Assembly: GCA_951406725.2 (NCBI GenBank) | Contig: OX597829.1 | Location: forward strand, 9,734,001-9,798,000 | From: Octopus vulgaris | Lineage: Eukaryota | DNA length: 64,000 nt | Direction of reading: 5' to 3' | Shown: piece after piece, positions 27,961 through 44,377 of the stretch | How the letters are laid out: each line of letters opens with the position of its first letter | How positions within the stretch are numbered: position 1 is the stretch's first letter | Translations under genes and position numbers: made by a program | Notes under the pieces: model-generated | Seen by the model: only the letters and a program-made list of their open reading frames with translations | Database searches by the model: none | What the model was told of the DNA's origin: nothing

Positions 27961-28442
27961 ACAGTAACTCCTGTTCTCCGATCGAACCCACTTCGACTTT
28001 CTTTAGGCTGGAATCTCTACCTCCAGAAACACAGGAAACGAATACAGAGTGTATGTGAAGGATAATTTGGATAATATGTACAGATTATGACCTGTATTAC
28101 CTCTATATCATAAATTACTGCATTTGGGTATGTGAAGTATGAGTGCAACCTTAGTGGAGATAAAGTATGAATTTGTGACTCTTCATTGATTCGCATACTT
28201 CCACTAGACCAGGCCCCATTTCATTGTTCCCGCAGGCTGATATAGTAAATTTTTCAATCAAAATTTATACAATATTCGTATACCTATTTATGACATAGGT
28301 CGCATTTCCACTACGACTTAAACTGGTCAGAAATTGTCCGGTAATTGCCATTTAAATGGAAATTTTGTTTTCCCTATAAAACACATATTGCTAGGTTTGT
28401 ACCACCCCCTTGAGACCCAACTACACTCTAGCTGAAAATTTA

Positions 28443-28670
28443 TATTTCTTTATTGCCCACAGAGGGCTAAACATGGAGGGAACAAACAAGGACAAAGGGA
28501 TTAAGTCGTTTACATCGACTCCAGTGCATAACTGGTACTTATTTAATCGACCCCGAACGGATGAAGGTTAAGTCGACTTCGGTGGAACTTGAACTCAGAA
28601 CGTAACGGCAGATGGAATACCGCTATGCATTTCGCTCGGCGTGCTAACGTTTCTGCCAGCTCATCGCCTT
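28443..28670 (-). mobile_element. SINE family A, full length, tail type 1
   Basis: Near-colinear reverse complement of 52036-52268, including tatttctttattgcccaca. Confidence 0.92.
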
Positions 28671-28949
28671 ATCTCATAAGTAATATAAAAGTCCTAAATT
28701 CAATGGCGTCGTTAAGGAAGATGCAACGCGTTAATTTAATGTGTTAAACTTAAGTTTATTAATGTATGTCAAATTATTCATAGATACATACAAGATCTAC
28801 ATAGATATAAGAGTAAGAACTTGTGATCCGCCTGCAGACCTTTTTCTTAGGAAATTTTTGCTTGCTGCACTAAGTTTCTCCACCCCTGCATTAGACCAAC
28901 CGGCCATCTAGAACGCATACGTGTGTGATTGATCAAGGCTGTCCAGTCC

Positions 28950-29068
28950 GCTTTTCATCCCTTCGGGGGTTAATAAAATAAGTACCAGTTAATTCACTGG
29001 GGTCGATGTTATTGATTCCCCCACGTCCCTGAATTGCTGCCCTTGTGGCAAAATTTGACACCAATATT
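28950..29068 (+). mobile_element. SINE family A, 5'-truncated, tail type 2
   Basis: ttttcatcccttcgggggttaataaaataagtaccag..aattgctgcccttgtggcaaaatttg. Confidence 0.8.
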
Positions 29069-29382
29069 ATTACGGCTAGTGCTATCACCATTTAACATGA
29101 TCTTTTATAAGCATGAACACCACTTTTCCTTCACTTTCACACACACACACAGTCACACCCGAACGCGCATTTTTCACTGTGTTTATTGATGTCCTTTTAA
29201 GGCTTGAAAGTTGGTGAAGTTGGGGCTAGGTCATTACATCGAGCCCCAAATATCCCCGAAAGGGTGAAAACCAAAGTCGATCTCAGCTGAATGTACGTTG
29301 TTATCGTGTCTACGTTTTTCGCTTTGACTGTAAGTCATAAATGATAGATCAATACAGGTGAACGTCGCAGATTGTTTTGTTG

Positions 29383-29414
<32 letters not shown>

Positions 29415-29699
29415 GTTTAGTCTAATTCGACCGTGTTCGAGCAAACCAAATCTACGCTGAAAGACATTTGAACCGTGATTTTTCCGTCTAATAAAAGGTT
29501 ATCTTTTAAGAGAACTTCATTATCCAATTTGCCATTGTTTCTTTTTATAAAAGTACAGCAGGGTGTGATGTAAAAGAAATTCGGTTGCCATTTCTAACAG
29601 TTCGAGGTTCGTAGGGCTACAAGTAAACTTGTAAGGGCTAAAGTCTCACCACTGTGGTACGGCAAAGGAAAGAAAAATCTACAGCCATAAAATGATACT

Positions 29700-30170
29700 A
29701 GTGGAAACCCATTTGGAGTTGTTCTCTAATTATTGCTGATATAAGGAACTATTAGACACTAAGTTTTTCTTTGACTCTTCGTACTAAACTGAGAGAACCT
29801 TTTTGCCTGCTCTTAGACGAAAGATGTAACAAACTATTTCGTATGTCATACAACTACGCCATTACAGTTTCTACATTTATATAAAACAGTCTATATTATA
29901 ACATAACCAATGAGCAGCTATGGGTGACAGCCTCACGCATGTCTTCAACTAAACTCTTCATTTTAAACTTTGTTTTTATGTTCTACAAATCGTTGTATTG
30001 TTTATATACCTTATCTATTCATTTATTAGCACATTACAACACTACGTTCTACCGTATTCCATGGTTGGGCCGTATTTTATCTTCTTAGTTTTTATGCCGT
30101 ATGCAAGAATACTTTGACCTATTTATTCTGGGTTCCCCCACTTTAAATTTAAATCTCACCGATGTCAACA
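29700..30170 (-). mobile_element. Possible highly decayed CR1/L2/Jockey-group LINE fragment
   Basis: Minus strand encodes KIRPTMEYG, like the RT-thumb motif RPxLEY; little else is recognisable. Confidence 0.3.
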
Positions 30171-30317
30171 ACGTTCTAGTTCGATAATAAAGCATCAGCT
30201 AATTATTTCTCTCTCTCTCTCTTTCTCTCCCCCTCCCCCCACTCTCTTTCTCTGTTGGCGCTTCCTGCTGGGAGCTTATTTTTCTAAAATGTAGTTTTAG
30301 AAAAGGACACGCAAGAT

Positions 30318-30599
30318 CAGTGGCTCTCAATCGGGGTTTGCATAACCCTCCTTGGGGTCCACATAAGATTTTGTTGTTAAAATTTATCTAGGTAATAATC
30401 TAGGTAATAATCCTACAATACATAGAATATTTTAAAAATTTTAACAAATTTCCTTATAATATTTAATTATAAAAATGTAATAGGATTTTTGGAACACTGA
30501 ATGGTTCTGCGGGTCCAGTAGAGAAGAAGAGTAATCAAGGGGTCCACGGGCAACAAAGATGACTACGCCTCTTGATAATGAAAAAATGGTGAACGGCTG
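30318..30599. mobile_element. Decayed hAT-like MITE
   Basis: Begins CAGTGGCTCTCAAT, ends aaaatggtgaacggCTG; recurrent subterminal ggggtcca motifs; no clear TSD. Confidence 0.55.
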
Positions 30600-31469
30600 G
30601 AAAGCAGGTGACCAATAGGATTGAATTTCACCTCCATTAGTACTTATATATGACAATGTATAGCATTACTTAATGACGTAAGTACATTGCATTTCATATT
30701 GTAACTTAAAATTGGATGGTCATGGGTGGAAAGATTTTTGACTTTGCACAAAACAAAAAGAATTATACGGCACTCACTGACACACGCACTGACACACGTG
30801 CACGCACTCTCATTCATTAGGAAACACTAAATATTTGATTTTTTTTTTGTCTTTTGGGTTTTGCTTTTTTGCATTCAGGGCACACAGTTGCTCTCACTCT
30901 ACAGAACAGACTAACGACGAACTCAACCAGTTCTGCCTGTCTTTTTCGAATGCCTCATCGAATGTATCTATTTAATCATATAGAGAAGGGAAAGCAGGAG
31001 GGGAGAGAAAGGAGGAGAAGAAAGAAGGAGAGACGTAAAGAAAGGAGGTGAAAACGTAGAGCTCAATCGCTTCTGAAAAATGCAACGACCAACAGGTGCT
31101 GTCTGTTGTTGGTTTACAGAAAGATTTGTCATTGAGACATGGTGTCCATTGGCACAACCAGGCTAAATAGGTGCTAATTTAACATATATATATTTATTTG
31201 TAATATATCCACAAACACCCTATTTCAGTATTTTAGGACATTAAGAAATATCGCCAACGATTGTTTTGAAACGCAAAAGTCTGCTGTTCTTCATAGTATC
31301 CAATTCTACATTGTAGCGATTTCTTTCTTTAAGAGTCTTAGTTTTCTTGATTGTAATTCATGAATTACTAATTATATCTGTCTGTTTGTCTCTCTCTCTC
31401 TCTCTATCTATCTATATATCTATCTATATATATATATATACATACACACAGACACGCACACACACATAT

Positions 31470-31531
<62 letters not shown>

Positions 31532-32373
31532 GTACATACACTTATTTACACACTTTCTAACTGAGAACGAGTGAGTGGAGTGGATAGAGAGAGATAAAAA
31601 TGATGAAAAGAAATTATGGCGGCTTATACGAGTAGAATTCTATTGCGAAGGAAATCATTTGCTATTGCAAAGCTCTTTTAAAATTATATCCCATTTGTTG
31701 CCATAAAGTTCCAATCGCCTTCAGCCTACAGCATATAGCTTGTTAATTGTTGAACAAACTACCTAAGATTTCTCATTAATATTTACAACTCTACTTTAAA
31801 AAATAGCAAATAAAAAAAAATTTCAAATAAAAATTAGGAAACAGAAAAAGAAATACAAAGCATGGGAAAAAAAACCGGTTTCGAAAAACAATTCATTCAA
31901 CCACTTACCATTGTCTCGCAAAACAGATGGCATAAAAATTAATTGACAAATAATATTAAAAAAATTATAATAAAGCTTCACATAAACAATTAGCTAATTA
32001 ACTAATTAATTTATTAATTAATTTATAAGGGATAAAACAAAAGGTAAAGTAAGAATGATTTTATAAATTGGGTAAATCATTAAATAAGTCAAACAATTAA
32101 ATTTTAATTTTGATTAAATAAAATCAATAATTAAATTAAGGTATTAAAAATACATATGCATAATATTAATGAAATTTGAATCATAAACAAAAGAAAAAGA
32201 GGAAAAATAAAGTGATTAAAAAGCATAAACTATAAGAAACATAAAATTTAAAATAGAATATATAAAACAATGAAATAAAAGCAGGGGTGTGTGTGTGTGT
32301 ATCTACATATACGCATACAAGTGACTATATATACACATATACATATCTCTATGAGTATATATGTATATATGCA

Positions 32374-32502
<129 letters not shown>

Positions 32503-33050
32503 ATATATGTTTGTATGTATTTATGTGTGCATGTATGTACATATTTTAGCTGTATAACGTTATTTAATACCTTATCATAGCGTGTAGGTTATAATAATAA
32601 AATACATACGTGTTTTTATTGAATAAATTTAAACCAAGTATTGAAAAGTATAAAAAAAAGAATAAAAATGAAAAAATGATAATAAACTCGTAAAAGAATA
32701 AAATTAACGAAAAAAATATTTATAAATGTCAAAGGAGAAAAGTTGAACTTTTCTATAATTAGAGAAAAAAAATTTGTAATTTAATCTACCAGTAATTTTT
32801 TTAAAATGATCTTACATAAAATAATTTATGAATGCTATAAAAATACAATTTAAATAAAAAGTAAAATAAAATAAAGATTAATGAATTTTGGATTTTGATT
32901 TTTGATAATATGATAAAATTTAGTGAGTGAATAATATCTATTTACCTGTTAACGTATACACTCACGCTCACACACACATATATGAATTTTATGTGAGTAT
33001 GTATATATCTATGTGTGTGTGTGTGCGTGCATTACCCCCTATCTATTTAT

Positions 33051-33156
<106 letters not shown>

Positions 33157-34175
33157 GTGTGTGTATTCTCCTGTCTGTACCTACCTATTTACCCATCTAC
33201 ATACAAACATGCTTACATGCATTCCTATCTATCTACCTGTATGCCTATCCTAGCTGTCTGTTTATCTGTCTATCAGTCAGTCAATCGATCGATCTTTCTC
33301 CCTGACCCTCTGTCGTCTCCGTATCTACATTAATTTTTACTGGATGTATGCATCTATGGATAATACGATGGTTTGGTTACCCGGGTAGCTGGGTGGATAA
33401 AAATGCTCTTATTTATTCGCATAAACTTCTAGCTCTTAGCATCTCTCCCTACCCATCAATCATCTTATCTGCCTCCATGTTATATGGTTTACTCCCGTCT
33501 CTCTTTTTATACACTCTCTCTTTCTCTCTCTCTTTCTCGCTCTCTCTCTCTCTCTCATATACACAAACACACACTCTCACCCACCTTTACATTCACTCAC
33601 TTTCTCTCTCTCTCTTTCTCTCTGATCCTTTTTTGTCTTTACACCCTTCCTCTTCTACTTCATATTCTTGTCCGTTGCTCTCCCATCATCTTGAATAAAT
33701 CTAGTTTTCTCCTAGAAAGGATTGTAGTATAAGTCTTCAATAGATGTATGCTTAAAGAACACATGCATGCTCATATACATGAGTGTGCATACATACATAT
33801 ATATACACTTACATAAACATACATGCATGTTTATTAAGCATACTTTACGATAAACTTATATGCAATTTATTCATAAAAACATGCTTTTTCACTAATTTAT
33901 TGTTGCGAAGTCAATGGTGTGTCCTTTAGATTATTTACTTCGGCATTTATAATCCATTAATAAGCATTCATGTTTACATGCATATAAGTAAACACACACA
34001 AGTACCCCACACACTAACCTCTCACAGGACCCTTTGCACTCACGTACACACCATACCCAAATCATACAAAGTGAAAACACACACACACTCACACTTAGAC
34101 AAGAAGTCATAGACACAGTTCGCTTTACACACGAGAACAACACTTTATCTTCTAATGAAATGATATATTTCTGAA

Positions 34176-34460
<285 letters not shown>

Positions 34461-34481
34461 ACATTTCTCTCTCTCTGTTTA

Positions 34482-34559
<78 letters not shown>

Positions 34560-34605
34560 TTATATATACACATATATATAAATGCACACAAAACGCATAC
34601 ATCCA

Positions 34606-34646
<41 letters not shown>

Positions 34647-35145
34647 GTAATATATGTATGTATATACATATTTATTTATACATATACACACAGTGGCAAA
34701 AATCACACATGTATATTTGTATATACATATATATGTATATACACACACACACACGCACAAAAATATGAACGGAGTGGAAATATAGAGATAGGTCCTGGTG
34801 GGTAACCATATGATTTAAATTATTGCGTGTGTGTGTGTAAGTACAGTTCTGTGTTGGCTTAAAAATACTAGGGGACAAAACAATTTAAAAGTTGCTCAAT
34901 AAAACATTAGAGGAGATTTTGTTTACAAACTTTCTTCAATATTTTATGCGCAACATCAAGTGCATATTTAAATACATGCCTTTACACACAGGCGCACGCA
35001 TATATACGCACACGCACGCATATACATACACGCACACATACCAGAATAACCCAGTTGTCTAACTTTTACTTTCTACTTTTGTCTCACTCTGAAGCGTTTC
35101 TTTATATCGAACTGTTGCAATATTAATATTGCAGTATACGACAGA

Positions 35146-35815
<670 letters not shown>

Positions 35816-36292
35816 ATATCGTCTGCTGAAATAACGGCAGTGATATATGATGATTTATTTGATAAACAACATAGAAAGCACGACACACGCACACACGCAG
35901 ACACGCACACGCATAGCACTGCACACACACACACACACAAGAAATTAGAGGTAAAAGAAAAGATGAAGCAATAACAAAGCTAATTAAACCAAACACAAAA
36001 CAGCGGCAATGACAACAACGACAACAACATGAACAACGAACGAATGCAACAACAACAACAACGACAATTCCATTATGGCCAATAACGGTGGCGTCCTCCA
36101 TCACAATACCGATGGCATCGTTACCATCAACAGCAGCAGCAGCAGCAGCACCATCGTCCTTATCCTCCTCCCTTTCCTCATTATCATCATCATCCCCCTC
36201 CTACTTCCCTTCCCCTCCTCTTCCTCGCCATCTTTATCATTGTCATCATTAACATCATCATCATCACTACCACCAAGAGCTACGTCAATACC

Positions 36293-36326
<34 letters not shown>

Positions 36327-36502
36327 TTCAGCAGCAGCAGCAGCCAGAATGGCTGCAACAAATACGAAAGGTGAAAGACGGACAGGACACGGACAAACAG
36401 ACTGACAGGCAGAAAGACAGAAGGACAGACAGGTAAATGGATAGATAAGTAGACAGACAGAGAGACAGACAGAGAGACAGATAGGCAGACATACAGACAG
36501 AC

Positions 36503-36533
<31 letters not shown>

Positions 36534-36766
36534 GCATACATACATACATACATTACACACATTACACACATACATACATACATACATACATGCATACATT
36601 ACACACAAAAACGCATGCATGCGTATACATACATACATCGATGCATGCATGTATATATACATACATACACGAACAAACGCATGCAATATACATGCATAAA
36701 TACATACATAGAGGCATGCCTCTATACATACATAGATACATATAAGCATACATGAATGTATGCATG

Positions 36767-36800
<34 letters not shown>

Positions 36801-37808
36801 CATGTATATACATGCAAACGGACATACATACATGCATACGTACATGCACAAACATACATAAAACATGCATACATTCATGGATGTATGCATACATACATAC
36901 GAGCATGAATACGTGCATACACATACACACACACACGCATACTCATAAATCTACGTAAATTCACAATAGCTAAGTTCCAAATGTGCGCACATATAGACTT
37001 ACATATATTTACTCTCACAGAAACATACAGGAAAATATGAGCCAACATCTGTTTACACACACACACACACTTAAAACAACTACACACATACATTTACGGC
37101 AATATGTGTCTGTATGTGGGTATGTATCGGTGAGCATGTGTTGTGAGGGAAACACCACGGCATCTTTTTCACTGTGTGTGTGTGTGCGTGCGTGCGTGTG
37201 TGTGTGTGTGATGGGTTTCAAATTTGAGCACAAGGGCAGCAAGATCAAGGTATGGAGAAAATCGAATACATCGAACTCACTGCTCAGCTGGTACCTATTT
37301 TATTTACCCCGAAAGAATGAAAATGGTCTATTATTTTTATTTTGCATTTTGAGTTCCTTGCAGTTTATTTTTTGGTGGTGGTGGTGGTGGGGGGGGCGTA
37401 CAAGGTGTCAGTTAAAAGTTCATAAATTCCTCAATGACTTATAAATAATTTCACGGTCACATTCTCAGGATGATGTGAATATTGGCGTGTATTTCTGCCT
37501 CATTATTTTAGTCAGGGCAATTGTCAATCATGTTGTCATTTGCACCTGAATTCAAATATTTGGCCGTTAGATACACATACGTCATCAGACAGTAATTTTT
37601 TATACGTATGGTTATTCTAGCATTTTCCTAATTTACGAATATTGGTACTATCACTAAACTCAAAAGTTCTCATACCTAAATATGTAAACAGAAAAATTAT
37701 TTTTAAAAAAAGGGGAGTGGGCATTAGAACACAGTCGTGTTTTCAATATATTTCTAAACGGAAAACTGTTATACATAAATGCATACATACATACACACAT
37801 ACATACAA

Positions 37809-37861
<53 letters not shown>

Positions 37862-38791
37862 CTGTGTGAGAATAATCTTAGTTATGCAAATACTTTCAAA
37901 TCCATGTATCATTTAAAATATATTTACTCATATACAGAAAATCCTGGGTTTGTTTCGGTTGCATTCTAAATTATGTTTGTTCATACAAACATACACACGT
38001 AGATACGTACACATACATGTATTTAATTCATTGAATTATGTTATAGATTTATGCGTATGTAAGTATGTATATAAGCATGTTCATATGCTTCTGCATATAT
38101 ATATATATATATATCAGTATCAGTATATGTATACACGCACACACATATATACACACGCTAATCAGTATATATATGTATATATTTATATATGTGAGTAAAT
38201 ACATGTGTGCAAGGGTGATATACGCATGTGCATCATACAAGTACAGAAGATCGTTTGTAAAGACACAAAGAGCAGCTGCTGTCCGACACTTCTTTGTCCG
38301 TCTTTTTTTCATCAAATAAGAAAAAAAAATAGAAATACTACTACTACTACTAATAATAATAATATTAATACAACCCTGAGTCCTGATCAGACAATGGCTT
38401 GTTAAGGCTGAGGGGAAAGCCGGCTGCTTCTGTCCATAGCGAGGGGTGCAAGAAATAAGGTCGTTGTGACGCTCACACATACAGTACAGCCACACCCAAA
38501 CCTCGGCGACCCCTCTACATATATACATGCGCGGGCGCGTGTGCGCGTGTGTATCTTTTATTTATTATTCCTTCATTTTTCTTAGTTTATAATTTTAACG
38601 TGTGTTCAAAGCTCATCTTCACTATAAGGCAACACGACATACACATACTTTCCCTTGCACATAGCATATATGTATGCGTTTAAATATATATATACACACA
38701 CACACATACACACACACACATACACACACACACACACACATATATATATATGCACACACACACACACATATATATATATGTGTATATATAT

Positions 38792-38834
<43 letters not shown>

Positions 38835-38926
38835 ATACATGCACACACATACACCATACATGTACATATATAGATAAATGTTAATACATACAAACAGATG
38901 TGCGTAAATCTGTTTCTCCAGCATAG

Positions 38927-39145
<219 letters not shown>

Positions 39146-40533
39146 CTTATTTATGTTCTTTAATGGCAGATCAGCCTGGATTAGGTGAGTTTATCATCAA
39201 AGACAGTCAAGATGCGATTAGCCATCCTAGTGCAATATTTGTTTTAGACACACTATGTACACTTTCTTTTAAAATAGGGCCGGGTGTGATTTAATGGAGA
39301 TCTGGCAGCTATTTACAGCAATTCGTGCGACCACTTAGAGCCTCTCTCATTGGCCCGTTATACTCCGCACATGCATACATGAACATACATAGACACACAA
39401 ATATTTTATATATAGATATATATAGATATATATGCGCAGACACATTTTATAGTGCGCTACACAATGTTTTTGGATGACTTGAGATGTCAGCTATAATATC
39501 TTTTATTATAAACATATAACAATGATCCGATACAATACAATACCTATGTAGTGTAATAACGATGTTTATTTTTCACAACGAGGCTAAAATTATATGTTTA
39601 TTAAGTGATATTTCAAATTATCTAAAACTCATATACAGCAAGCCATTCATACAAACGTTCATACACACATAGGTATATGTCACAACCAGCATCAACTTTA
39701 TCGGGACGGTCGCAGATGTAGCTACTTAGAAAACAATCGTCTGCTAGATCAGTGATGGCCTGGTGTAAACAATAACGGCAACAACAGCAACAACAACAAC
39801 AACAACAGCAGCAGCAGCAGCAGCAACAGTAACATGGCCTTACTTTTCATTATATAGCCAGCCAAACATCCTAAAGTGAATGAATATAATTTGAAGAGCA
39901 AGGCATGTAGAATAAGCATGAATAGATTAAAACTGAAGGTTATCCGTATTTTCCGTGTCTGGTGGAATGAATGAGAAAATGTTTATGCCGTTTGTAGGTT
40001 CGGATCACTCATTTGGTGTCAAGTGAAATACGAACCTTCTTCATTATGTACAGAGGTTTATTGTTACAATGTAGAGGGTTTTATTTATTTTTATTTTTAA
40101 ATATTATTTGAAGCAAAGGTGAAACCTTATTAGAATTTACGAAAATAGAAAACCATTTGAACTTTATGTTTTTGTTTTGTGGCTTAGTCAGAGAAGGGAG
40201 TTCACCCATGGCCTATTTTATAGGGTCTCCGCGATGCATGGTGAGAAAGAGGGGGGGGGGTCCGCATCGCTTGTGTCACTGCATTTTGGAAGCAATGCAC
40301 CAACCGAAGACCTTGCAACAGAGTAAACTCCGCTTAAGAACACTGATGAACGACGAATTAGATTTAACACAATGGCTCTCAATCTGACAAATTCCATCTT
40401 TCATTTCTCCCAACTTTCAGTAGAAACCAGCTGCCATCTTACACTCTTTACTGTGTGTATCAACTGTGTGCTTAACTGTCAACATTTCAGTCTACCTAGC
40501 TATGAGCAACTAGTACAGTATAATATACTACAC

Positions 40534-40716
40534 CAGTGCTCCGCAATCAGTATGCCGCGGCACACTGGATCGTCACGAAACGACGCTAAGTGTGCCACAG
40601 AGTTACCTGAATATAATTTTTCCCCTATACTTTTAGCTATAGTTTTAGTTCCAGTGTGCCGCCGAATTTTGAAAATATAAGTGTACCGCAAATGAAAAAA
40701 GGGTTGTGGAGCACTG
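40534..40716. mobile_element. hAT-superfamily MITE (183 bp)
   Basis: TIRs CAGTGCTCCGCAA / TTGTGGAGCACTG; 8 bp TSD tactacac (40526-40533) / gactacac (40717-40724); subterminal gtgtgcc/gtgtacc repeats. Confidence 0.88.
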
Positions 40717-42162
40717 GACTACACAGTGTACTGTGTCTACTCCAAGCCATTTAACATCAATAATCCAGTTCACCGGGCTGTATATAAATACCACTGTGTG
40801 ATATAGTCCACTAGCAGTTCAGCTGTAAATGTGTACCACATCGTAATATACTTCACAGTACCGTGTTCGTTACCAAGATATTTACCAGTTAACAGTATAA
40901 CCAGCGAGATGTATGTCAGTTGTTGCATGTTAACTTCTGTGTCCATGGCTAAATCACTTAACCACCAATACTGTTAGTAGGTATCGCAGTGTAATATACC
41001 TTACTGTACTACGATCATAATAACAACATTAAACCACCAATAGTCCATCCAGATAACAGCATGAAGTTATCGTAAGATTTAATTCACTGTTCAATGTCAT
41101 ACTCTAGCATACTTAACTAGCAATAGTACAGTGCAACTAACTGCATATAGTTAGTTGTATGGTTGTAGTATAGTTCACTGTACTGAGTACAGGACCTATA
41201 CATTTATGTGGCAAAAGTCCAGTCCACTTAAGAATATGCAGGTGCCAGAGTGTTGTATAGCTTGCCATTGTGTGCACAGTAAATGTGTCAGTGTTTTATT
41301 AATCACAGAGTTAAAATCTTCCTGTGGACTTGAAGCATTGATGGAAGCCTTAACAACGCCGCGACCTTAATTCTCTGTTCTATTCATCTCTTTCACTAAT
41401 TCCAGAATAGACGGGAAAAGAAAGAAATAACGAAGCGATGTACTTTAGAAGGAAAAGGGGGGGAAAAAGAAAAAAAAGAAAGAATGAGAACAATATATTG
41501 TCCAGAGACGAAACGATAAGTCAGCAGCGTATTTAAAGTCACTGGCTAAGCAGACCGGTACTCTGTTCAATGAACCATGGGTGACTAGATTCTTTACAGA
41601 GATCTGCTGCTGCGTCGATTGAGTGTGTTAAGTTTAAGCAACACTCCTTAAGATGTTTGCTAATAGAAAAAAAGTCAGGAATACAGATGGAGACGGATGA
41701 AAAGAAGGCAAAAACTGCACTGATCGATCTAACCACAAAAGGCGTGCCTTTGTGAATGGTGTGAGGGTGCTAAGCTTCAGAACAATATGCAGAAGATGGG
41801 AATAATTCAGAGGGGTCTGTTTTGGTTATTGATTTATTTTTACCTCCTTTTTTTTATTATCATGTGGTAGAGTTGAAAAGTGAGCAATTCAAGTGTGTGA
41901 ATATTATTTAAGCGTTTTGATATTAGAACATAAATACAATGATTAACTGCGTGGATGGAACATGTATATGGAGCCTGTGAACCGGTTTCAAATCACCGTA
42001 TGAAAAGAGGTGTTTTCACCTCTATACTTTACGCCGTTAACGCAATTTGAGAAATACATAGACACTCTACACTTCATATCTATCTTTAAGAAAACGACCT
42101 AGGCACTCATAAATATACAGTTAATGTATATACACACATGCGTGTATATTTGTGTTTGTGTG

Positions 42163-42197
<35 letters not shown>

Positions 42198-42449
42198 GGT
42201 GGGGATGTCTGAGTGATTTTGCGTGTATAAATGTATGGATATATGACTGTATGTACATACATACAATAGCAGTAGAAGTAGAAGTATTAGTAATGATGAT
42301 GATGATGATAAAGATTAATAGCGACAGCAAAAGGCAGCCTTTATGTCCAACTTAAGATGGCTGCTTTGTTAGAACGCCGATTAGACCATTCCATGAAGTA
42401 ATATATACTGGTGCGTCAGTTAATTATTTTATTTTCCTTGCATCTGCAG

Positions 42450-42579
42450 ATATTCTACAATCGAATGAAGGGTTTACGTTCTCGGGATGAAATGCTTTTA
42501 TTCAACAATGGAGAGACTCTTGTTCAAATCAACCAAGATACGTCGGATGACAAAGCCGTGTTTCTCAAAACAGAAAAAG
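42450..42579 (+). CDS. Candidate internal coding exon (IFYNRMKGLRSRDEMLLFNNGETLVQINQDTSDDKAVFLKTEK), unknown protein
   Basis: Acceptor ttttattttccttgcatctgcag|A and donor AAG|GTAAAC; only the phase-0 frame is open across the exon; complex non-repeat sequence. No homology recognised. Confidence 0.45.
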
Positions 42580-42829
42580 GTAAACCTACAAATTCTGATG
42601 CATTTCATCTTTTTTATAAAGAATGAATTTCGATATTATGATCTTATAGGTTTGTGTTAAATGTAAACTTTTATTAATTTGCATCAATTTTGGAACTTTT
42701 TATTGATTCTGGGTTTCAACTCAAAACGTTGATGATTTGTGGGAACACGCTCATTCTTTTCCCACAAAACCAAGAAGGGTTAGCAATATAAGTGAAATAA
42801 TTTAAGTCAGGGTACGCTGATACATTTTA

Positions 42830-43053
42830 CTGGTTATGTGGTAAGAAGTTTACTTCCATAAACTTGGTTCCTGGTTCAAGTTCCATTGCATGGCATACAG
42901 GTAAGTGTCTTCTACCATAAGCCTCGGATCGACCAAAGCCTTGCGAGTGGATTTCGTAGACTGAAAGAAAGCAACACACTTGCGTAAGTGAGTTGTGTTG
43001 TGTATGTGTATGTTTGTGTGTGTATGTATGTGTGTGTGTGTAAAGATACACAT

Positions 43054-43090
<37 letters not shown>

Positions 43091-43330
43091 TGTGTATGGG
43101 TGCCTTTGTGCCTGTGTTTGTTAACCCCCCCACACACACACCCCTCTTAGCAAACGTTATCGTTGTATTTATGTCCCTGAAACCTATCGGTTCGGCAAAA
43201 TAGCCCGACAGAATAAGAACCAGGTTTACTAAAAGAGTAAGTCCCGGGACCGATTTGTCTGACTAAAATTCTTTGAGGCGGTGCCCCAGTATGGCCTCAG
43301 TTTAATGACTGAAATACATAAAAGATTAAA
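42830..43330 (+). mobile_element. SINE family B
   Basis: ggttatgtggtaagaag..gtaagtgtcttctaccataagcctcgg..cggttcggcaaaa..ggcggtgccccagtatggcc..atgactgaaa. Confidence 0.88.
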
Positions 43331-43553
43331 GATAAATGATTAAAGACAGTTAAAAGGAATCTGCTCGTATCTTCATGTCGATCTTCACACACAGACACGC
43401 ATACACAACACATACACACACATCTACACACACACACAGGTGCGTCAGTGTTAAATTGATTAAATAGATTGAATCAATTCTCGCTTTATATTTCTGGTAG
43501 TGATAGTACCACTAGAAGTAATTACAAAAAGGTAAAAACAAAACAAAAATAAA

Positions 43554-43790
43554 AGGCGCAGGCGTGGCTGCGTGGTAAGGAGCATGCTTCTCAATCACAT
43601 GGCTCCACTGCATGGCTCCACTGAGCAAGTGTCATCTACCAAAGCCTTGTCAGTGGATTTAGTAGGCGGAAACTGAAATAAACCGCCATTCTATCTGTTA
43701 TTATATGTGTGTGTGTTTGCCCTCACCACCGTTTGACAACGGTGTAGGTGCGTTTATGTCCCCGAAACTTAGCAGTTCGGCTAAAGATGC
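43554..43790 (+). mobile_element. SINE family B, internally deleted
   Basis: ggcgcaggcgtggctgcgtggtaag..gcaagtgtcatctac..acttagcagttcggc. Confidence 0.85.
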
Positions 43791-44275
43791 AAAGATTAAT
43801 TCACAGGGGATGCTTTGACTACAGTCGTTCTATCGTTGAGCAGGTTTAAAGAAACACTGTGCTAAAGGAGAGGTTTTAGTCACTGTTCTACTACTAAACT
43901 AAGCACAACAGAATTAAAAGTCCATTTCTTCAACAGACAACGATATATCTATTCATATACCCTAGCATGAAAACATGGAATTCTCGCCGAAAGCGGGGTT
44001 ATCTCTTAACTGGTTGTGTAAATTAAAAGTTATAGATCCTTACTGTTAGAAACTTAGCGAAGTGAATTAGCTAAAGTGTCTGAATTAACTTGAAGAGAAA
44101 ACCTCGAAACGTTCACGTCAAAACATGTATATGAAAGGAACAGAAGCATTCGTGTGAAATCATTCTAGAAAACTCTTCGGTGATGGTAAGGATAAGTAGG
44201 AGTGGGAAATAGCTCCAAAAACTAAAGGTGTCAACATTACAATCAACATTTCACACACACATTTATATAAATATA

Positions 44276-44319
<44 letters not shown>

Positions 44320-44339
44320 TGTATATTGATTTACATATA

Positions 44340-44377
<38 letters not shown>

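Noticed and set aside
31895-31940. Minus-strand donor ATG|GTAAGT with a short MPSVLRDN reading; also + donor AAG|GTAAGC near 58055
   Set aside because: No convincing acceptor/ORF pairing or partner exon.
35116-35133. 18 bp perfect palindrome tgcaatattaatattgca
   Set aside because: AT-rich and short; no convincing ribozyme core or TIR/TSD context.
41540-41810. Complex-looking sequence with short open frames
   Set aside because: Interrupted by stops, no clear splice pair and no recognisable domain.
41976-42027. GAAACCGGTT motif with nearby TGAAAA and an agaggtg/cacctct hairpin (minus strand)
   Set aside because: Core incomplete and stem II does not abut GAAA; too degenerate to call.
44090-44119. 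TTGAAGA-G..C-GAAACG-TTCA-CGTC hammerhead-like string
   Set aside because: Stem III is plausible but stem I cannot pair, and position 3-8 would be U-G.
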